IMG/VR virus record: IMGVR_UViG_3300036795_000116
Location: 5,318-69,317 of that record
DNA: 64,000 bases
Direction: 5' to 3' (one strand)
From: a virus
The notes below the pieces were generated by a model. That model was not told where the DNA came from and did no database searches. It saw nothing but the letters and a program-made list of their open reading frames with translations. Numbering within the stretch: position 1 is the stretch's first letter; each line of letters begins with the position of its first letter. The translations under genes and the position numbers were made by a program. Shown here one piece after another: positions 8,981 to 18,264 of the stretch.

Positions 8981-9054
8981 TGCCCCCTGAGAGATTCGAA
9001 CTCATCACTGTCAGGTTCCTAAAACCTGTGCCTCTACCGTTGGGCTAAAGGGGC
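8981..9054 (-). tRNA. tRNA-Leu(TAG), short variable arm
   Basis: CAGGT-TTTAGGA-ACCTG; A73. Confidence 0.85.
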
Positions 9055-9057
9055 TTG

Positions 9058-9131
9058 CTGGCCAGGTAGGATTCGAACCTACAACATCCTCCTTAACAGG
9101 GAGGCGCTCTGCCGGATTGAGCTACAAGCCA
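9058..9131 (-). tRNA. tRNA-Asn(GTT)
   Basis: CCTCC-CTGTTAA-GGAGG; G73. Confidence 0.9.
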
Positions 9132-9147
9132 ATGTAATTGTTGTGCG

Positions 9148-9220
9148 TGCCGGTAGCTGGAATCGAACCAACCTATCACTGATTTACAGTCAGTTGCCTA
9201 CCCAGTCGAGCCTCACCGGC
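9148..9220 (-). tRNA. tRNA-Tyr(GTA), short variable arm
   Basis: ACTGA-CTGTAAA-TCAGT; variable region only GATAG. Confidence 0.8.
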
Positions 9221-9224
9221 GGAG

Positions 9225-9309
9225 CGGAAGCTGCAGGGATCGAACCTGCGCGGGTGTCACCCCGACTGCCATTTTCGAGACGGCTGCCTTACCTCTCGGC
9301 CAAGCTTCC
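9225..9309 (-). tRNA. tRNA-Ser(CGA)
   Basis: GCCGT-CTCGAAA-ATGGC; long variable arm; G73. Confidence 0.9.
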
Positions 9310-9696
9310 CCGTGGTGCGTAACCCGGACACTCCCGAGATTTCGCGTCCGTGAGGATCTTACCGCAGCTGGTGCAGGTGTGGACGTGCTTGCAGGAGTAG
9401 TACCACTCTCCGTTGCCGACGAACTGACGGAGCCGCTGCCCCTCGACGTGCTCCCAGCGGCCCTTCTGGAACCAGCCGCAGCGCCAGTGCTGAGGGTAGC
9501 GGTCCGCGTCGGGGCGAGCCTGGAAGTGCAGGGCCCACTTGTCTATCTTGAGCGTGGTGACGTGCTCGATCCCGACCTTCCCGCGGCACCAACGACGCCG
9601 GTCCTTGCGGGCACGGTGTACGGGCACCTCGGGAGCCAGGACGCGGGCTTCGTCGAGCTTCGGGCCGGCGTTCCACCCGTCATAGCTGTGTCCCAC
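9289..9696 (-). CDS. Cys/His-rich hypothetical protein inside the tRNA array
   Basis: GGAAGGAG RBS before GTG; CxH, CxxC; stop lies within tRNA-Ser. Confidence 0.65.
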   Translation of the reverse strand: MGHSYDGWNAGPKLDEARVLAPEVPVHRARKDRRRWCRGKVGIEHVTTLKIDKWALHFQARPDADRYPQHWRCGWFQKGRWEHVEGQRLRQFVGNGEWYYSCKHVHTCTSCGKILTDAKSRECPGYAPRGSLAER

Positions 9697-9714
9697 GATC
9701 TGCTCCTTCCGTTG

Positions 9715-9788
9715 CGGTACCGACGGGACTCGAACCCGCGACCTCCGCCGTGACAGGGCGGCGCTCTAACCAGCTGAGCTACGACACC
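9715..9788 (-). tRNA. tRNA-Asp(GTC)
   Basis: CCGCC-CTGTCAC-GGCGG; canonical D and T arms. Confidence 0.93.
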
Positions 9789-9789
9789 G

Positions 9790-9894
9790 TGGAGCATGCG
9801 CCAGGACTCGAACCTGGAACCTCCGGATTTTATACCGGCGCTCTACCGTATCCCCGGGCGTCCCCGGGCGGTGTTCCCCTTGAGCTACGCACGC
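9790..9894 (-). tRNA. 105-nt tRNA-like RNA with about 30-nt D-loop insertion and non-canonical anticodon arm
   Basis: Acceptor GCGTGCG/CGCATGC-T-CCA; perfect T arm CCAGG-TTCGAGT-CCTGG; D stem GCTC/GAGC encloses 38 nt; CCGG-TATAAAAT-CCGG. Confidence 0.75.
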
Positions 9895-9896
9895 AG

Positions 9897-9970
9897 TCGG
9901 CCATGCTGGAGTCGAACCAGCGGTCTTCTGCTCCCAAAGCAGACGGATTACCAAGCTTTCCCAATGGCCG
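9897..9970 (-). tRNA. tRNA-Pro(TGG)
   Basis: TCTGC-TTTGGGA-GCAGA; C1-G72, A73. Confidence 0.9.
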
Positions 9971-10220
9971 TTCTAAGAGGCGGCTAGGCGCGCAGAGGGC
10001 CCCGCAATACCTAACCCTTACCGGTCCCCGGCCTCCCAGGTCAGACCCTACCCCTACCGACGCTTCGCCCGCATCCGGATTCCCTCAGCGAGCGCGTGCT
10101 GGTTGGCGACGAACTTGGCCAGCTCGAAGTCGTCCTCGGTGTAGGCGGACGCGATCAGCTGCAGCGAGGCGTTCATCTGGGCGAGGTGCACCCAGATCTC
10201 GGTGAGCTTGTCGTCAGCGT

Positions 10221-10481
10221 TCACCCGACGCGCTCGGGCCAGTGCCAGGTGCCGCCCGTTTCGCCGGTCCGGTCGTGTTCGACCCCGCGGTTGAAGAACG
10301 TCCCAGTGGGGTTGAGCACCGCGAGCCCGACTAGCTTGCCGAAGCCCGTCTCCTCGGAGACCTCGGTGATGATCGCCGCGCGGCACTCGCTGGTGAAGGC
10401 CTGCGAGCCGTTGGGCTGTACCGGGGTGCCGTAGCTGACGTAGTGAACTATTCGACCCACCGAGGGCTGCTGTTCGCTCAC
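10221..10481 (-). CDS. conserved phage hypothetical protein
   Basis: PSVGRIVHYV...RAAIITEV...GTWHWPER pattern common in phages. Confidence 0.8.
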   Translation of the reverse strand: MSEQQPSVGRIVHYVSYGTPVQPNGSQAFTSECRAAIITEVSEETGFGKLVGLAVLNPTGTFFNRGVEHDRTGETGGTWHWPERVG

Positions 10482-10861
10482 GACAGGACGTGCCGCCCGC
10501 CCCGGCTCACCGCGTCAGGCCCGATCGGCGCGGTGACCACGGTGCGCAGGTAGAACGCCACCACGGCGACCACGAAGGCCATGATTGAGCCCTGCAACTG
10601 AGGAGTCAGCTGGAAGCCGAAGGAGAGCGCGACGGCCAGCATGGCCTGCACGACACCCGCGATCAGAGGCGCGGCCTTCTCCGCGGACACCGAGAGGGCG
10701 GTCAGCACGCCGAGGAGGACGACGACCAGAGCGTTGAGCGCACCCTGCTCATCCACCGTGAAGCCGAGCGTCAGCGCCCCGATGAGCTGGATCAGGCCGG
10801 CGACGACGGCCGCGATCTGGGCGGTCTCACGGGCGATGTAGGCGAGAACCTTGTTGAACAT
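10478..10861 (-). CDS. holin-like 4-TM protein
   Basis: Internally duplicated TM pairs, R..VT.P C-terminal motif, near the endolysin. Confidence 0.75.
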   Translation of the reverse strand: MFNKVLAYIARETAQIAAVVAGLIQLIGALTLGFTVDEQGALNALVVVLLGVLTALSVSAEKAAPLIAGVVQAMLAVALSFGFQLTPQLQGSIMAFVVAVVAFYLRTVVTAPIGPDAVSRGGRHVLS

Positions 10862-11039
10862 GACGGATTCCTTTACCGCTTGGTCCAGAACTGCTCAACC
10901 CAGGGTTCCGAAGGGTTGCCTCGGCTAAAACGACGGACAGATCCGTCAGCGAAGTAGTAGGCGCGCTCCATGGACGGGTTCGGGTTGGACGAGGCCATGG
11001 TCTCGATGCGGATCGCGTCCTCGACCCCGAGCGGATGGA

Positions 11040-11195
11040 TCACCACCAGTGCCGTCGGTTGCCAACGGGGTGCCCGACGCCACCGAGCAGCAGGAGCACG
11101 AGGCCGACGACGAGCAGGATGACCCCGATGGTGTAGAAGATGGAGATGCCGAGCAGATAGCCCAGCAGCACGAGGATTACGCCAAGGACAATCAC
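11040..11195 (-). CDS. small membrane protein (DUF6131-like)
   Basis: MIVLGVILVLLG...IFYTIGVILLVVG...GHPVGNRRHWW; AAAGGAG RBS; absent from the ORF track. Confidence 0.75.
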   Translation of the reverse strand: MIVLGVILVLLGYLLGISIFYTIGVILLVVGLVLLLLGGVGHPVGNRRHWW

Positions 11196-11206
11196 GAGGG
11201 GCTCCT

Positions 11207-11508
11207 TTAGCTCCGGTAGTCCTGCCGGTTGTTCCAGGTCTTCGTCATGTCGTGACGGGCGCGCCCGATCTCAGCGGTCCATCGGCCCACGAAGAAACCG
11301 GGGACTGAGCCGGCGCCGAGCAGGAGGAAGAGCTGCAGGGTGGTCACGAATGGATCCCGCCTGAGCTGATGAACAGGGCGACGATGACCAGCAGAAGCCC
11401 GACCGGGGTCAGCAGGACGCGGTTGTAGGTCGCCACCGCGTTCCACAGGATGATGTCGAAGAGGACCAGGATGAACGCGATGACGAGGAGGATCATGTTG
11501 ATGCTCAC
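11207..11508 (-). other. two small membrane ORFs (11344-11508, 11207-11347)
   Basis: GTGA overlaps following the endolysin; hydrophobic. Confidence 0.55.
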
Positions 11509-12248
11509 GAGCCGCTCCTTTGCTGAAGCTTCTTCGTCGCGGTCTGCAGTTCGGCGATCGCCGCCGCCAATGCCACGAGCTGCACATTCGCCCGACGCAG
11601 ATAGTCGGTCGCGGTCAGGTCTTCATCGGTGCCGCCCGGCCATGTGGGCCAACCCGGCCAGTCCGTTCCTTGGGGTACCACCGTCGCCGAACCGCTGATG
11701 TATTGGTAGACGGCCGTGAGCATTGCGTCCTGCTCTGGAGTCAAGTCATCCTCCTGGATACCCTGGAGTCTCTGCTGCCACACCGCGTATTTGGCCATCG
11801 CGTCGTTTGCGTATGCCTCGGCGGCCGGACCACTGCCGTTGTAATGCACGAATCCTCCGCGCACGCCGTACCTGCGGATCAGCGCCTGAATGCCCCGGAA
11901 ACCGGAGCGCATGTTCGGGATGGGCAACCAGCAGCCGCCGAGTGAATCCGCCGAGTTCTGGTAGCCCGCAGACGTGCATTGCGCGGGGCCGACACCCTGG
12001 CGACCAATGCGCCCAGCCTGCACGGCGGTGCGATAGGCGAGGTAGCTGGCCTGGGTAACGACTGTGCCTTTGATGTAGGTGCCGCCGGTCGACACCCCAT
12101 CGGAGCCCCAGACGTTGCGGCCCCCGCTCTCTTTCTGAATGACCGTTGCCGCCACCGCGAGGTCGATGCCTTCTAACTGGGCGGCTTCCACGATTTCGCT
12201 GGCGAGGCCGAGTCCGTACATGCTCAGGACACTCGTCGCGCTCACCAC
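11505..12248 (-). CDS. endolysin, lysozyme/lytic-transglycosylase fold
   Basis: Catalytic-Glu motif IQKESGG, GVGPAQ, YNGSG; upstream of holin candidates. Confidence 0.8.
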   Translation of the reverse strand: MVSATSVLSMYGLGLASEIVEAAQLEGIDLAVAATVIQKESGGRNVWGSDGVSTGGTYIKGTVVTQASYLAYRTAVQAGRIGRQGVGPAQCTSAGYQNSADSLGGCWLPIPNMRSGFRGIQALIRRYGVRGGFVHYNGSGPAAEAYANDAMAKYAVWQQRLQGIQEDDLTPEQDAMLTAVYQYISGSATVVPQGTDWPGWPTWPGGTDEDLTATDYLRRANVQLVALAAAIAELQTATKKLQQRSGS

Positions 12249-12517
12249 GGGTTGAAACTGTCGGGTCGGACGTACGTCATCTTCTTCAAGCGCCAGACAC
12301 CTCGCCAGTCCTGGTTCAGCCGCAGCCCATAAGCAATGGAGAGCCCGTGCGCTTCGGCGATCCAGTTGGTCGTGTCCGCCGGAAACACCATGTCTTCATG
12401 CAGCTCGCGCCAGATGCCGGTGCGGATCTCGGTGACCGCCTCCGGGTCCGCGCGCATAATCATTTCCCGGATCGCCGCCCGAGCGCTCATCCCGGCGGGG
12501 AAGGTCACGATGCGCAT
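12242..12517 (-). CDS. hypothetical protein
   Basis: ORF overlapping the endolysin start; hairpin 12524-12576 upstream. Confidence 0.55.
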   Translation of the reverse strand: MRIVTFPAGMSARAAIREMIMRADPEAVTEIRTGIWRELHEDMVFPADTTNWIAEAHGLSIAYGLRLNQDWRGVWRLKKMTYVRPDSFNPW

Positions 12518-12590
12518 AGAAAGGCCCTCCGGCCAGGGACAAGGCTGCCCACGATTGGTGTCCCTGGCCAGAGGGCTCTCATCTAACTAC

Positions 12591-12854
12591 TTACTCACTC
12601 GGCGGGGTGACTGCCGGTGGAACCAGCGCGGCGGCCGCGGCGACACCCGCGGCAACTGCGTCGGCGGTGGACTGAGCTGCCGCCACCGCCGCGGTGAGCC
12701 CGCTGAGGTCCAGCTCTGGCTGCGCCGCCTGGAGGGCAGCGATCTCAGCCTGGATGTTGTTCACGTCGCCAGCAAGGTCGGACACCGCGGTACCCAGCTG
12801 GGCGTTGGTGTCGGATAGGGCGGCGGTCAGGGCGTCAATATCGGACTGAGCCAC
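12591..12854 (-). CDS. Ala-rich coiled-coil protein
   Basis: AAAGGGAG RBS before GTG 12854; heptad pattern. Confidence 0.7.
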   Translation of the reverse strand: MAQSDIDALTAALSDTNAQLGTAVSDLAGDVNNIQAEIAALQAAQPELDLSGLTAAVAAAQSTADAVAAGVAAAAALVPPAVTPPSE

Positions 12855-13243
12855 GGAGATCTCCCTTTGCATGCGCTGCTGGTTATGTCCCAGCTGCCGT
12901 TGATTGTCCTCTAGCTCCTCAAGACGCTGGAGGATTTGCCATGGACGGGCACCAGGACCAAAGGATTCTGTATCAGCTTCATCAGCCATACCGCGGTGCC
13001 TTTGATCGACGTGGAGTGTTCCGTGTGGGAACACGAGGGTTGGGTACTGCCTGAATCAGGGCGTCGTGGGCGCACTGATACAGCCGGCAGGGCCACCGAA
13101 ATTGCTCGACAGCCCCTTGGTGCATGCACCAACCGTGATCGTCGGGAATGTGCTGGTGAAGCATCCAACGGGCCCTGCGCGGGTCCGCTTTCAGGAACCA
13201 GATAACCCCGAGATTGACGGTTTCTACCGGATCGAGGTCGGCC

Positions 13244-13996
13244 TCAACTGCCGACGGTAGGACGGAGAGAGATAAGGTCCGCAAAGACCACCTCCTGCGA
13301 CGTGAGCCCCGAGCAGGTGATGAGTCGAAGTTCCGGACCCGGCGTATTGCCATAAACGGCCTGTGCTTCTGAGTTGAAGTTCGCCTTCGGGACCGTGAGA
13401 TTCTGGGTTACCCGAAAGGTTGCCGTCTGACCGTCGGACCGATCAATTTCCACCACACCACCCACTCCGAGCTGACCCAAATTCCAGAAGAGCCCGTGGT
13501 GACCTTGCTGGTCGACATGAGCCAGCACGACAGCGGGACCCATCGCCCCAGGGACGGGGGAGAAGCGATACCAACCCAGCTCGCCCACTTTGCTCAGGGG
13601 AGGGACTTGCAGGGTGTGATCGGTGTTGCGCCCCACGGGGATGACATCGCGGGACGATACGGCAATGGCTGGGATCCGAATCGCCGTCGGGACGACAGCT
13701 TTCGCTGGAGGGGCGGTCACCGTCGACGAGCGGTCAGATACAAGGGCCGGAGCTGTAGGTGCGGACATTGTCACTGGAACTGGTGTCCTGGTGACCGTCA
13801 CCTGCTGGATTACGACACGCGGCGGAGTCGTTGGCTGGGGAACGCTGGTAGAAAGAACAACGCCCGGTGACGTCAGATCTGGAGGATCCACAGACGCGGG
13901 AGCGGGGGTGGCGCTAACCCCTCGAATTAGCGCCACCCCCACTACCACTCCGAGGATCAGGGGGGCAACACACCCCAGTACCCTCGGCGTCTTCAT
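13244..13996 (-). CDS. class F sortase
   Basis: TM anchor, Pro/Thr linker, PTAIRIPAI, LGWY, PG..GPAVVLAHVD (His), LRLITC (Cys). Confidence 0.9.
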   Translation of the reverse strand: MKTPRVLGCVAPLILGVVVGVALIRGVSATPAPASVDPPDLTSPGVVLSTSVPQPTTPPRVVIQQVTVTRTPVPVTMSAPTAPALVSDRSSTVTAPPAKAVVPTAIRIPAIAVSSRDVIPVGRNTDHTLQVPPLSKVGELGWYRFSPVPGAMGPAVVLAHVDQQGHHGLFWNLGQLGVGGVVEIDRSDGQTATFRVTQNLTVPKANFNSEAQAVYGNTPGPELRLITCSGLTSQEVVFADLISLRPTVGS

Positions 13997-14490
13997 CAGC
14001 GCCGGAAGAACCGAGCGCCGCGCCGGAAGCCAGGCAGGCCCCAGTTGACCGAGGTCAGGGTCTGGCAGCTGCCGTCACCGGTGGCAACCGCGCCCACCGG
14101 GATCTCGGTGACCTGCACGAGCTGCGGCTCCTGGACCAGCGTGTAGCCAAGCGAGACCGGGTCGCCGGAGCAACCGCACGAGCTGGCGACCTGGCTGTAC
14201 GGGAAGATGGTGCCCCCGCGCTGCCAGAAGGTCCCGCCGAAGTTGCCCCCACGGAAGGAGCCGAAGCCTCCGCCGAAGTTACCCCCACGGAAACCGCCGA
14301 AGTTGCCGCCGCGGAAGTGGTCACCCCGGTGGTCACCGCCAGTGGATGGGGTACACACGACGGGAAGTGCAACGGTTCCACAAAGAGTGGGCCGCTGAGT
14401 CGGTGCCGGAGTCGCCGCGTTCGCCACGCCGACGGAGCCGGCGCCAATGGCAGCCATCACGGCCACGACGGTTAGGGACTTACGGAGCAT
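13996..14490 (-). CDS. secreted protein, probable class F sortase substrate
   Basis: Signal peptide ending VANA; (FRGGNFGG)n repeats; C-terminal QVTEIPVGAVATGDGS; TGATG coupling to the sortase. Confidence 0.75.
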   Translation of the reverse strand: MLRKSLTVVAVMAAIGAGSVGVANAATPAPTQRPTLCGTVALPVVCTPSTGGDHRGDHFRGGNFGGFRGGNFGGGFGSFRGGNFGGTFWQRGGTIFPYSQVASSCGCSGDPVSLGYTLVQEPQLVQVTEIPVGAVATGDGSCQTLTSVNWGLPGFRRGARFFRR

Positions 14491-14640
14491 GATCAAACCC
14501 TTCGATTCGGTTTTGACAGCCCCCCGGCCGCCTCCGACATTTGGTCGGCTTGCCTGTCACAACGAGAGACGCTCAGCGTGGTCACGGGTTGCGTTCAGAT
14601 TCGTCTTAGTTTCACGGAGGGTAGTGACAGCGTTCGTCAC

Positions 14641-15441
14641 TCACTGACCGTTCCCGAGGCCGTTGAGCAGGCCTCCCACCCCGTTGAGCAGCGGAGTTCC
14701 CTGGTTAGCGGGTGCTGCTGGTGCCACCGGCTGAGCTGCCTGGACGGGTTGCTCGACCGTCTGGGTCACCGGCGCCGGCTGCGTCACTGTCTGCGTGACC
14801 GGGGGTTGTTGCGTGACCGTCACCGGGGGCGGGGGAGCTTGCTCGGTGACCGTGACCTGGCGCGGGCTTTGATACCGGTAGGGCGGCGCCGGGTAGCGAT
14901 ACGGAGCCTGGCGTTCAGAAGGAAGCGGCGGGCGCTCATCCCGCGTCGGCGGAGGTTGCTGCTGCAGGTAGCGGTTATCGGGTGCGGCTGGCCCCGCATA
15001 GACGCCCTTATCTGGCTGACCAGCAACACCAGGGGCTGAGGTGGGGCCCGACGACGCAGGAGCACCCCCCTCGACGGGCACCGCGACCTTCGGCAGCGAG
15101 CGCGCGATCTCCGCTCGGATCATGGCGTCGATCTGCTGCGTGGTCAGCGGCGTCGAGATGGGTGCCGCGGCCAGCGGAGTCGACTGCACCTGCTGCGCGA
15201 GCGGGCAGGCGCCGATGGAGATCAGCGGAGCGGCGGTCTCACCGCCCTGGTGACAGACCTCTAGCACCTTGCTCGCTAGATCCTGGCTCTGCGCGATCGC
15301 GTTCTGGCGCTCCACGGAGGCCTCGTGCGCGGGGACGGCGATGAGAACGCCGAGCGCGAACACGACCAGTACCGCGAGCACCGTGGCGATCGCCGAGCGT
15401 GGGGTGATGGGGCGCGCCGCGTGCCGCCCCGGAGAGCCCAC
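14641..15441 (-). CDS. membrane-anchored Pro/Gln-rich protein
   Basis: TM helix, paired Cys, (PVTQTVTQ)-like repeats; typical pre-lysis actinophage gene. Confidence 0.75.
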   Translation of the reverse strand: MGSPGRHAARPITPRSAIATVLAVLVVFALGVLIAVPAHEASVERQNAIAQSQDLASKVLEVCHQGGETAAPLISIGACPLAQQVQSTPLAAAPISTPLTTQQIDAMIRAEIARSLPKVAVPVEGGAPASSGPTSAPGVAGQPDKGVYAGPAAPDNRYLQQQPPPTRDERPPLPSERQAPYRYPAPPYRYQSPRQVTVTEQAPPPPVTVTQQPPVTQTVTQPAPVTQTVEQPVQAAQPVAPAAPANQGTPLLNGVGGLLNGLGNGQ

Positions 15442-15899
15442 TAGTTACCAACGGTCGGAGCGGCGGTGGGCGGATGCGCGGCGCCGGGCACGATCGGGTA
15501 GTCCGGACCGCAGCCCATATCCACAAACTTAGTTCGCGTCTTCTCGAACCACTGGGTGTACTGCTCACGGTCAGGCCCCGCCGATCGACTCTGGGGGGCG
15601 TAGCTGCCGATGGCCCACGTATACAGCGGGCACACCGCGTCGAGCCGGCTATTCGTCTCGAAGAGAGTGAAGCCCAAGTAGAACCCCATCACCGTGAGCA
15701 GCATATCGAAAATCAGCAGAACACGCAGCAGGTTGGCCTTACGCTCATTGCTCTTAACGCGCCGCGTGTTGACCTTAGCCAGTTCCTCGGTGTCCTGGAG
15801 TCGGTCGCCCAGCTCCTCTACGACCTGGGCCAATGCACCAACCTGCTCGGTCAGCCTTGTCGCTGCATTAGCGAGGATCCGAGCCCGCTCGTCAGGCAT
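15441..15899 (-). CDS. coiled-coil membrane protein
   Basis: RBS before ATG 15899; coiled coil then TM. Confidence 0.7.
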   Translation of the reverse strand: MPDERARILANAATRLTEQVGALAQVVEELGDRLQDTEELAKVNTRRVKSNERKANLLRVLLIFDMLLTVMGFYLGFTLFETNSRLDAVCPLYTWAIGSYAPQSRSAGPDREQYTQWFEKTRTKFVDMGCGPDYPIVPGAAHPPTAAPTVGN

Positions 15900-16061
15900 C
15901 AGATGGTCCCTCTTCCTCGTCTTCTTGCTCGTCAATCTCGCTGCTGAGAGTCTGGACGAAAGCATTCAGTTCCGTGATGAAAGACTCCAGCTCTACGCGC
16001 GTCTTCTCAGCTCGCTCAATGATACGAGCAGTGTCGGGAGCGTCTCGCCAGAGTTGGGCCA

Positions 16062-16346
16062 TCATCCGTCATCCCGCCGTGAGATCAGGCGCAATGCACG
16101 CTCTACCGTCTGGGAGGAGCGCTCCAGCGCGGGGACGAACTTGTCTTGGATGGTCTCGTTCAGCTTGCGTAGCTCTTCCTGCAGCTTGTCCGCACGCTCC
16201 CGCTCCAGGTCCAGGGCCTTCGTTTCCCTGGTGAAAAGTACCCGGACGGCGGCGAGCGCAACCACAGAAAGGAAAAGTAGACCTCCATACTGATAAAGCA
16301 GGGAGAGGTCTACCCCCGCGCCGGCTACCCCCTGAGTCAGTAGCAC
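16062..16346 (-). CDS. small membrane protein (holin-like/DUF-type)
   Basis: QYGGL TM followed by LERERADKLQEEL coiled coil. Confidence 0.7.
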   Translation of the reverse strand: MLLTQGVAGAGVDLSLLYQYGGLLFLSVVALAAVRVLFTRETKALDLERERADKLQEELRKLNETIQDKFVPALERSSQTVERALRLISRRDDG

Positions 16347-16516
16347 GGCAGTCCCTTCCTACGCGGCGTCGTCGTCAGGATCGTCTTCCACCCTCGGCCA
16401 TAAAGGCTGTACCACCTCGGCCAAGGTCGGATTGTCGCGCAGCTCCATTGCGGCGATCGGGACGTAACGCGTGCGGTACTCATCCAACGACGTAATCTCG
16501 GGCATCAGACTCCTAC

Positions 16517-17380
16517 TCAGCCGGACTGAACGACGACGATGCCGGGCGCACCAGTCCCCCCGACGCCTGTGTTGTGCGTGTTGATGGTCGATCCGCCGCC
16601 GCCGCCACCAGCACCGTAGCTACCGCCACCACCGCCGGCACCACCTGTGGTCGTGTTGGATCCAGCACCTCCACCACCGCCCGAACCGGCGATGACCAGC
16701 GCGGCGGCTGACGTGCTCGCACCACCGGCACCGGCACCGCTCGCGGTACCCCCCGACCCACCGGCCGCGTTGTTGTTCTGCAGCGAACCGCCACCAACGC
16801 CACCGGCAAGCGATGAAGCGGTGGTTGCCATGCCTCCGCCGGCCCCGCCCCCAGGTGCACCGTAGGCCGTACCCGCAGCCGCGGCCCCAAGGACGCCTGA
16901 GGCGCTCGACGCGCCCGCACCACCGGCCGCGAGGCCCGCGCCGCCTGCACCGCCCGTGCCGGCGACGCCGCTCAGACCCCCACCGCCTCCGGCGCCGCCA
17001 CCGTTGGCGACAACCTTGATAGGGCTGCCAAACGAGGAGGCACTCCCAGCGACGCCTGCGTTTCCAGCGTGCGAAGCGGTCGCGTTCGCCGCTCCACCGC
17101 TGCCACCACCGCCAACCGTCACGCCTTCGGTGGCGCCAAGATCCCCGGCCCGGAACATGTTCATGGAGAACGCTCCGCCGCCACCTCCAGCGCCGCCCGA
17201 GTTTGCAGTCCCGGACGCGGTCATCGCGCCCGAGCCGCCACCCCCGCCGCCGCCGAACATCATGACGCGCACCCAGGTCGCGCCCGAGGGCTTCGTCCAG
17301 GTGCCGGAGTTGGTGAAGATCTGGATGTCGGTCTGATAGTTCGGGTCGAGCAGGGTGTGGATACCGGCGAGCAGGCTCAT
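16517..17380 (-). CDS. glycine-rich tail-associated protein
   Basis: FTNSGTWTKPSGATWVRV..GGGGGG..G..GIVVV glycine-rich domain. Confidence 0.85.
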   Translation of the reverse strand: MSLLAGIHTLLDPNYQTDIQIFTNSGTWTKPSGATWVRVMMFGGGGGGGSGAMTASGTANSGGAGGGGGAFSMNMFRAGDLGATEGVTVGGGGSGGAANATASHAGNAGVAGSASSFGSPIKVVANGGGAGGGGGLSGVAGTGGAGGAGLAAGGAGASSASGVLGAAAAGTAYGAPGGGAGGGMATTASSLAGGVGGGSLQNNNAAGGSGGTASGAGAGGASTSAAALVIAGSGGGGGAGSNTTTGGAGGGGGSYGAGGGGGGSTINTHNTGVGGTGAPGIVVVQSG

Positions 17381-17745
17381 GAGGACACCGCCCCGGTGAT
17401 CACCACATCCACCGCGCTAGCGGTACCAGCGGTGACCGCGATCGCCTCTCCGGTAGCCATCATCGCGCCGCCGAGGTAGTCGCGCAGCGAGAGCGTGTCC
17501 CCCGCGCCGAGGTTGTAGCCGGAGATGATCGCGTGCGTACCGTCGGCGGTGTCTCCCACCTTCAGCAGGTGCACGGTGACGGGGACAGCGGATCCCGTGA
17601 CGTTGCACAGGGTCATGGTGGCGACCTTGGCAGTGGTGTTCGAGGGCACCGTGTAGAGCGTGGTCGTGGAGGTGGTCGAGAGCTGCCCGGAGTAGAGGAT
17701 CTGGCCGAGCATCTGGGCGAGTGCCAGGTATGACGGGTTAGGCAA
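17377..17745 (-). CDS. minor tail/fibre-associated protein
   Basis: TTLYTVPS..TA..MTLCN motif; position among tail genes. Confidence 0.75.
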   Translation of the reverse strand: MPNPSYLALAQMLGQILYSGQLSTTSTTTLYTVPSNTTAKVATMTLCNVTGSAVPVTVHLLKVGDTADGTHAIISGYNLGAGDTLSLRDYLGGAMMATGEAIAVTAGTASAVDVVITGAVSS

Positions 17746-17757
17746 GGTAGCGGCCTT

Positions 17758-18255
17758 TCAGGGAGAGAATGCGCCGAGGACCATCGACATGGCGATGGAG
17801 CGCGCCGTGGTCTGGCTCAGTGGGGTGTCCTCGGAGATGACGATCCACAGGCCCTGCGCGTCGACGTACTGCAGCAGCGCGGACTGGCTCAAGCTCGGAA
17901 GGCTGATGACGACGGGCCCCGTCGAGGTGTTGAAGGTGTCCGAGCCGGCGGCAGCGATCGTCACCGCGTTCGATCCGAGCCGAGCCACGTGCTTGACGCC
18001 GATCTGGGTCAAGTCCGGCGGAGAGGCCGGCAGCGTGATGGTCACAGGCCCGGCGACGGTGGACACCGGCACGAACTGCTGCGCCAACGCGGTGTAGTTC
18101 GAGGTCGCCACCGTGGTGACGGTCAGCACCGACGCCGCCTGCGCGACCCGGTCATCGAGGTCGTTGATCGCGGCGTTGTAGAGCAGCATGTTCGACGCGG
18201 TCAGCGGAGTCGCCTCGGACGGCTCATCCTGCCAGTTCGTCAGTGTGTAGGACAT
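17758..18255 (-). CDS. tail fibre adaptor
   Basis: W.D.PS..TPL.A.N N-terminal anchor; TITLPASP motif. Confidence 0.75.
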   Translation of the reverse strand: MSYTLTNWQDEPSEATPLTASNMLLYNAAINDLDDRVAQAASVLTVTTVATSNYTALAQQFVPVSTVAGPVTITLPASPPDLTQIGVKHVARLGSNAVTIAAAGSDTFNTSTGPVVISLPSLSQSALLQYVDAQGLWIVISEDTPLSQTTARSIAMSMVLGAFSP

Positions 18256-18264
18256 AGGCCTTCC

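Noticed and set aside
8153-9054. Short-arm tRNA-Leu as a novelty
   Set aside because: Short-variable-arm Leu tRNAs are already known in actinobacteria and their phages.
9846-9879. Type I-E CRISPR repeat fragment (GTGTTCCCC, TATCCCCG) in the tRNA insertion
   Set aside because: The two halves are in incompatible orientation and the match is short in GC-rich DNA.
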